Shown here: positions 42,753-46,105 of the stretch, in pieces
Layout of the letters: every line of letters begins with the position of its first letter
Position numbering within the stretch: the first letter of the stretch is position 1
Source of the DNA: an uncultured Halobacteriales archaeon
Lineage (GTDB): Archaea > Halobacteriota > Halobacteria > Halobacteriales > Hikarchaeaceae
Assembly: GCA_964628745.1 (NCBI GenBank)
Contig: CAZVOR010000001.1
Location: 1 to 46,105, forward strand
Direction: 5' to 3'
Length of the DNA: 46,105 nucleotides
Notes under the pieces: model-generated
Seen by the model: only the letters and a program-made list of their open reading frames with translations
Database searches by the model: none
Told to the model about the DNA's origin: nothing
Position numbers and translations under genes: made by a program

Positions 42753-42860
42753 TCACTCCCGCGGGAGCGCGAGGTCGCGCAGGTGACCGCCGCACTCCGG
42801 GCAGGGGTGGTCCCCGGACTCGGAGCGCGCGCCGCACGCCACGCACTCGTATCCTGCCAT
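42753..42860 (-). CDS. 35-aa zinc-ribbon micro-protein (CxxC...CPxCG), not in the ORF track
   Basis: The minus strand reads ATG GCA GGA TAC GAG TGC GTG GCG TGC ... TGA, giving MAGYECVACGARSESGDHPCPECGGHLRDLALPRE. It has two Cys pairs with rubredoxin-like spacing and G/C-rich third positions. Confidence 0.6.
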   Translation of the reverse strand: MAGYECVACGARSESGDHPCPECGGHLRDLALPRE

Positions 42861-43013
42861 GTGTTACCATTTGCCATCAGTGGCCATCAACCTGTCGGCG
42901 GGCACCCGGGCGCGGCGCCGGATTCGGCGGACGGGGCTGGAGACGATTCCTCCTCCACGACGACGGGACCCGACCGGGGCGAGGGTTTTCCCGGCCGGCC
43001 GCGAAGGCGCGGC

Positions 43014-43565
43014 ATGGCCCACACCTTCGACGTCTCGAACGCCGACCGGCTCGACGACGTCGGTCGCTACCGGTTCTGCTCGCGGGAGGAGCTCGTCGCC
43101 CTGGTCGGAGCCGGCGCCGACCGGGTCGTCGATCTCGGCAGCGGGACCGGCTTCTACACGAAGGACGTGGCGCCGCACGCCGGGACGTGCGTCGGCCTGG
43201 ACGTGCAGGCCGCGATGCACGAGCGACACCGCGAGCACGGCGTGCCCGCGAACGTCCCCCTGGTGACCGCCGAGGTGGACGCCCTCCCGTTCGCCGACGA
43301 CAGCCTCGACGCGGCGTTCACGACGATGACGTTCCACGAGGTGTGCACCGGGCGAGGCCTGGCCGAGGTCGCCCGGGCGCTCCGGCCCGGCGGCCGGTTC
43401 GTCAGCGTCGACTGGTCGGCGGCCGGCGAGGGGGCCGACGGCCCGCCGCGCGACGAGCGCCAGTCGGCCGCCTCGGCTGCCGGGCTCGTCCGCGAGGCCG
43501 GCTTCGCCGTCGAGCGCGCCGAGGAACGCCCCGAGACGTTCGTCCTCGTCGCCGTGGCACCCTGA
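43014..43565 (+). CDS. class I SAM-dependent methyltransferase
   Basis: Motif I VVDLGSGTGFY, acidic loop GLDV, LPFADDSLDAAF, LRPGGRF. A TATA-like GGGTTTTCCC lies about 25 nt upstream of ATG 43014. Confidence 0.85.
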   Translation: MAHTFDVSNADRLDDVGRYRFCSREELVALVGAGADRVVDLGSGTGFYTKDVAPHAGTCVGLDVQAAMHERHREHGVPANVPLVTAEVDALPFADDSLDAAFTTMTFHEVCTGRGLAEVARALRPGGRFVSVDWSAAGEGADGPPRDERQSAASAAGLVREAGFAVERAEERPETFVLVAVAP

Positions 43566-43587
43566 GCCTCCGTCGTCGCCCCGGGCG

Positions 43588-45195
43588 CTACGTCGCGGGG
43601 CCGAGCGGGTCCTCGCCTCGGGCGTAGGCCTCGCCGAGCCGCCGCTCCCAGTCGAGGTACGCCCGCATCGCCCGCTCGTCGAAGTAGGGCTTCTCGTAGT
43701 CGTCGCGTGGCTCGACCGCCGGCGGACCCGACTCGACGGGGAGGTCCGCGGCCCGCCAGGCCACGAGGCCGCCGCGGAGCACCCGCACGTCCCGGCCGTC
43801 CGTCGCGGCCTGCATCGCGGCCGCGGCCCCGGAGCGCTCGCCGTCGCGACAGGTCAGCACCACAGCCGCGTCGGGGCCGAGCGCGTCGAGCGTCGCCTCG
43901 AGGTCGTACCGGTCGACCCACCGCGCGCCGGGGACGTGCGCCTCGGCGTACCGCTCGCTGCGGTCGACGTCGACCACCTCGGCGGCCGCCAGCTCCGCGT
44001 GGAGGGCCGGTGGCTCGACGAAGGCGACCAGCGACTCGCGCACCCCGGCGTCGGCCGGCGCCGGCTCGTCCGGGCCGGCCTCGACGTCGCCGCCGGCCTC
44101 CCGCCACGCGTCGAGGCCGCCTTCCAGCACGAGCGGACGGCCGACGCCCATCCGGTCGTACCAGGCCGCGGTGACGGTCGCACGAGTGCCCTCGTCGGAG
44201 ACGAAGACCACGTCGGCGGGCCGGACGGCGACGTGCTCGTCCGCCGTCTGGACCGCCTGCCCGCCCGGGACCGACCGCGAGCCCGGCAGGTGGCCATCGG
44301 CGTACTCCGCCTCGGTGCGCACGTCGATGACGTAGACCGTCCGCGCCGCGTCCGACAGCCGCTCGCGGAGCCCGCCGACGTCGACGGTCGCCAGGTCCCG
44401 CTCCGAGCGCAGCCGGTCGGCGAACTCCCGGGCGCGCTCCCGAGCCGCCTCGCCGGGGTCCGACGGCGGGAGGTGGCGGTCGGCGCCGCGCTCGACGTCG
44501 TAGCCGGCCAGCAGCCAGCCCATCGTGCCGTCCTCGAGCTCGTAGACGTCCTCGAGGCCCATCGCCCGCAGGGTCGCCGTGCCGATGATGCTCCGGGTCC
44601 GCCCGGCGCAGTTGACCACCACCGGACGGTCGGCCTCCCGCAGCGCCTCGACGTACCGGACCAGCTCGACGCCCTCGGCGTTGACCGCGCCGGGGATGGC
44701 CCACTCGCGGTACTCCTCGGGCGTCCGGACGTCGACGACGACCGGCGGCGCGTCGCCGTCGAGCCGCTCCCGGAGCTCGTCGGGTGTCAGCGCCGGGACG
44801 TCGTCCTCGACGTGGACGCGCTCGCCGAACGCCTTGCTCGGCACGTTGAACGCGGTGTTCGGCACGTCCTCCTCGGCGCCGACGAGCCCCCGACCCGCGT
44901 CGCGCCAGGCCTCGACGCCGCCCACGAGGTGGGTCGCCGCCCCGTAGCCGAGCTCGCGCAGCCACGCCGCGTCGGCCGCCCCCCGCTCGCCGCGCTCGTC
45001 GACGAGGACGACCGTCGCCCGGCGGTTCGGGACGAGCGCGGGCAGCCGCCGCTCGAGCTCGACCCGGGGGACGGGCGTGCACTGGCGGAGGTGACCCGCG
45101 GCGTAGTCGAGGGCCGGCCGGACGTCGAGCACCGCGGTCGGCTCGCCGGCCTCGAGGCGAGCGGCCAGGGCGCCGGGGGAGAGTCCCGCTGTCAT
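43588..45195 (-). CDS. four-domain rhodanese-like sulfurtransferase
   Basis: Four rhodanese modules. Domains 2 and 4 carry active-site Cys loops (VVVNCAGRTRSI, VVLTCRDGERSG). Domains 1 and 3 have Asp at that position (VVLVDERGERG, VVFVSDEGTRA). Confidence 0.9.
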   Translation of the reverse strand: MTAGLSPGALAARLEAGEPTAVLDVRPALDYAAGHLRQCTPVPRVELERRLPALVPNRRATVVLVDERGERGAADAAWLRELGYGAATHLVGGVEAWRDAGRGLVGAEEDVPNTAFNVPSKAFGERVHVEDDVPALTPDELRERLDGDAPPVVVDVRTPEEYREWAIPGAVNAEGVELVRYVEALREADRPVVVNCAGRTRSIIGTATLRAMGLEDVYELEDGTMGWLLAGYDVERGADRHLPPSDPGEAARERAREFADRLRSERDLATVDVGGLRERLSDAARTVYVIDVRTEAEYADGHLPGSRSVPGGQAVQTADEHVAVRPADVVFVSDEGTRATVTAAWYDRMGVGRPLVLEGGLDAWREAGGDVEAGPDEPAPADAGVRESLVAFVEPPALHAELAAAEVVDVDRSERYAEAHVPGARWVDRYDLEATLDALGPDAAVVLTCRDGERSGAAAAMQAATDGRDVRVLRGGLVAWRAADLPVESGPPAVEPRDDYEKPYFDERAMRAYLDWERRLGEAYARGEDPLGPAT

Positions 45196-45222
45196 GGCGA
45201 CCGGTTCGGCGGTCGCGCCTTA

Positions 45223-45270
45223 ACGCTGTCCCCGGTACGGGCCGTGACGCTGTCTCCGGTACGGCCGTCC
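45223..45270. repeat. tandem direct repeat (24 + 24 nt) immediately upstream of the rhodanese promoter
   Basis: ACGCTGTCCCCGGTACGGGCCGTG (45223-45246) / ACGCTGTCTCCGGTACGGCCGTCC (45247-45270). A TATA-like GTTAAG (minus strand) abuts repeat 1, about 27 nt upstream of ATG 45195. Confidence 0.8.
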
Positions 45271-45283
45271 CCCGACCGCCCGC

Positions 45284-45532
45284 TCACGGCTCCCGCAGCC
45301 GGGCGTCCGCCCACGGCCGCAGCTCGGGCGAGGTGAGGATGAAGAAGACCCCGACGGTCCCGAGGACCACCTCGAGGACCAGTCCGGCGGCGAACAGCGG
45401 CAGCACGAGCCTCGCGGGCACCGCCCCGCGGGTCGCGAGCGCCAGCACCCCCAGTGACCCGGCGAGCACCACGAACGGCGCGCCGACGAGCGCCACGCCG
45501 AGGGAGAACCGCGCGGACCAGCCCCGGACCAT
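45284..45532 (-). CDS. small membrane protein (82 aa, about 3 TM)
   Basis: MVRGWSARFSLGVALVGAPFVVLAGSLGVLALA ... LVLPLFAAGLVLEVVLGTVGVFFIL. Third positions are almost all G/C. The rest of the 261-aa track ORF is Arg/Pro junk. Confidence 0.55.
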   Translation of the reverse strand: MVRGWSARFSLGVALVGAPFVVLAGSLGVLALATRGAVPARLVLPLFAAGLVLEVVLGTVGVFFILTSPELRPWADARLREP

Positions 45533-45781
45533 CTCAGCGCGGGCCCCCGGCCTGCAGCCGGCGTTCCCCCGCACGACGCCGCCGGCCCGCGGGCCGACGG
45601 ACGGTCGGTCGACGGACGACGGACATGGCGCCCGCCAGGGCCCGCCGGTACATAGGTTTGGGCGCCGCGGCGGCCGGGCGGGGACCGCCGACGCCGGGGG
45701 ACGAGAACCACGCCGGCGACCGGGAGCCGCGGTCACCGGCCGCGAGATACTTGGGGCCCGGCCCCGGAGGGCGCTGCAGGC

Positions 45782-46033
45782 ATGGCCTCGCTGTCCCGGC
45801 CCCCCGAGTGGCTGCCCGACCTCCCGGAGTGGGTCCCGTATCCCTACCTCGTCTGGTTCGTCGCCGAGGGACTGGTGCTCGCGCTGCTCGGCGTGCTCGT
45901 CCGGGAGCTGGCGGGGCCCTCGTTCCCCGGGGCGGTCACCCTGGGGGACGTCGTGCTGTTCGTCGGCGTCTCGACGGCCGTGCTCGGGAGCATGGCGTAC
46001 TTCACGCTCGTCTCGGTCCGCCTGTACCGGTAG
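45782..46033 (+). CDS. small membrane protein (83 aa, 2 TM)
   Basis: YPYLVWFVAEGLVLALLGVLV and VVLFVGVSTAVLGSMAYFTLV. High third-position GC. A TATA-like GAGATACTTGG lies about 30 nt upstream. Confidence 0.55.
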   Translation: MASLSRPPEWLPDLPEWVPYPYLVWFVAEGLVLALLGVLVRELAGPSFPGAVTLGDVVLFVGVSTAVLGSMAYFTLVSVRLYR

Positions 46034-46105
46034 GCCTGCACACGGCGCTCGCCGCCGCCTTCCGGGCACGGGCCAACGGGCGGCGAGCGGCTTCGAGCGG
46101 ACGAG

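Overview
This window is about 70% GC. The proteins are acidic, one substrate-binding protein has a Tat/lipobox signal, and TATA-like boxes sit about 27 nt upstream of many start codons. Several gene families are typically archaeal (ADP-forming acyl-CoA synthetase, geranylgeranyl-reductase paralog, Trm112, GYD). Together these point to a haloarchaeal (Halobacteria-like) replicon. I support about 45 protein genes. I found no rRNA, tRNA, CRISPR array, transposase or integrase.

Layout:
- 1-5.2 kb: housekeeping-like genes (purA, Trm112, a small wHTH regulator).
- 5.4-31.6 kb: a dense, paralog-rich block of organic-acid / CoA-ester enzymes. It holds 3 type III CoA-transferases, 2 MmgE/PrpD proteins, 2 enolase-superfamily proteins and a lyase-type isocitrate-lyase/PEP-mutase family protein. 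It also holds a crotonase-fold protein, an ADP-forming acyl-CoA synthetase, an acyl-CoA dehydrogenase, a hotdog thioesterase and an LLM oxidoreductase. These are interleaved with a split CUT1-type ABC importer and 2 MFS transporters.
- 31.7-33.8 kb: DoxX, a coupled wHTH + membrane pair, and a type II haloacid dehalogenase.
- 33.8-40.7 kb: an envelope/export locus (small wHTH, CARDB-repeat secreted protein, RND/MMPL exporter, ABC ATPase, large membrane protein).
- 40.7-46.1 kb: GYD protein, GGR-family flavoprotein, an untracked zinc-ribbon micro-ORF, a SAM methyltransferase, a four-domain rhodanese and small membrane proteins.

The best candidate for an undescribed system is the 5.4-31.6 kb CoA-ester cluster. 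Its centre is the crotonase / CoA-transferase / ADP-forming ligase / ACAD operon at 21.8-27.4 kb. By eye, the crotonase and the ACAD in that operon both lack canonical catalytic glutamates. All functional calls are family-level recognition from the translations. No substrate can be assigned from sequence alone. Most of the long Arg/Pro-rich ORFs in the track are high-GC out-of-frame or antisense artefacts.
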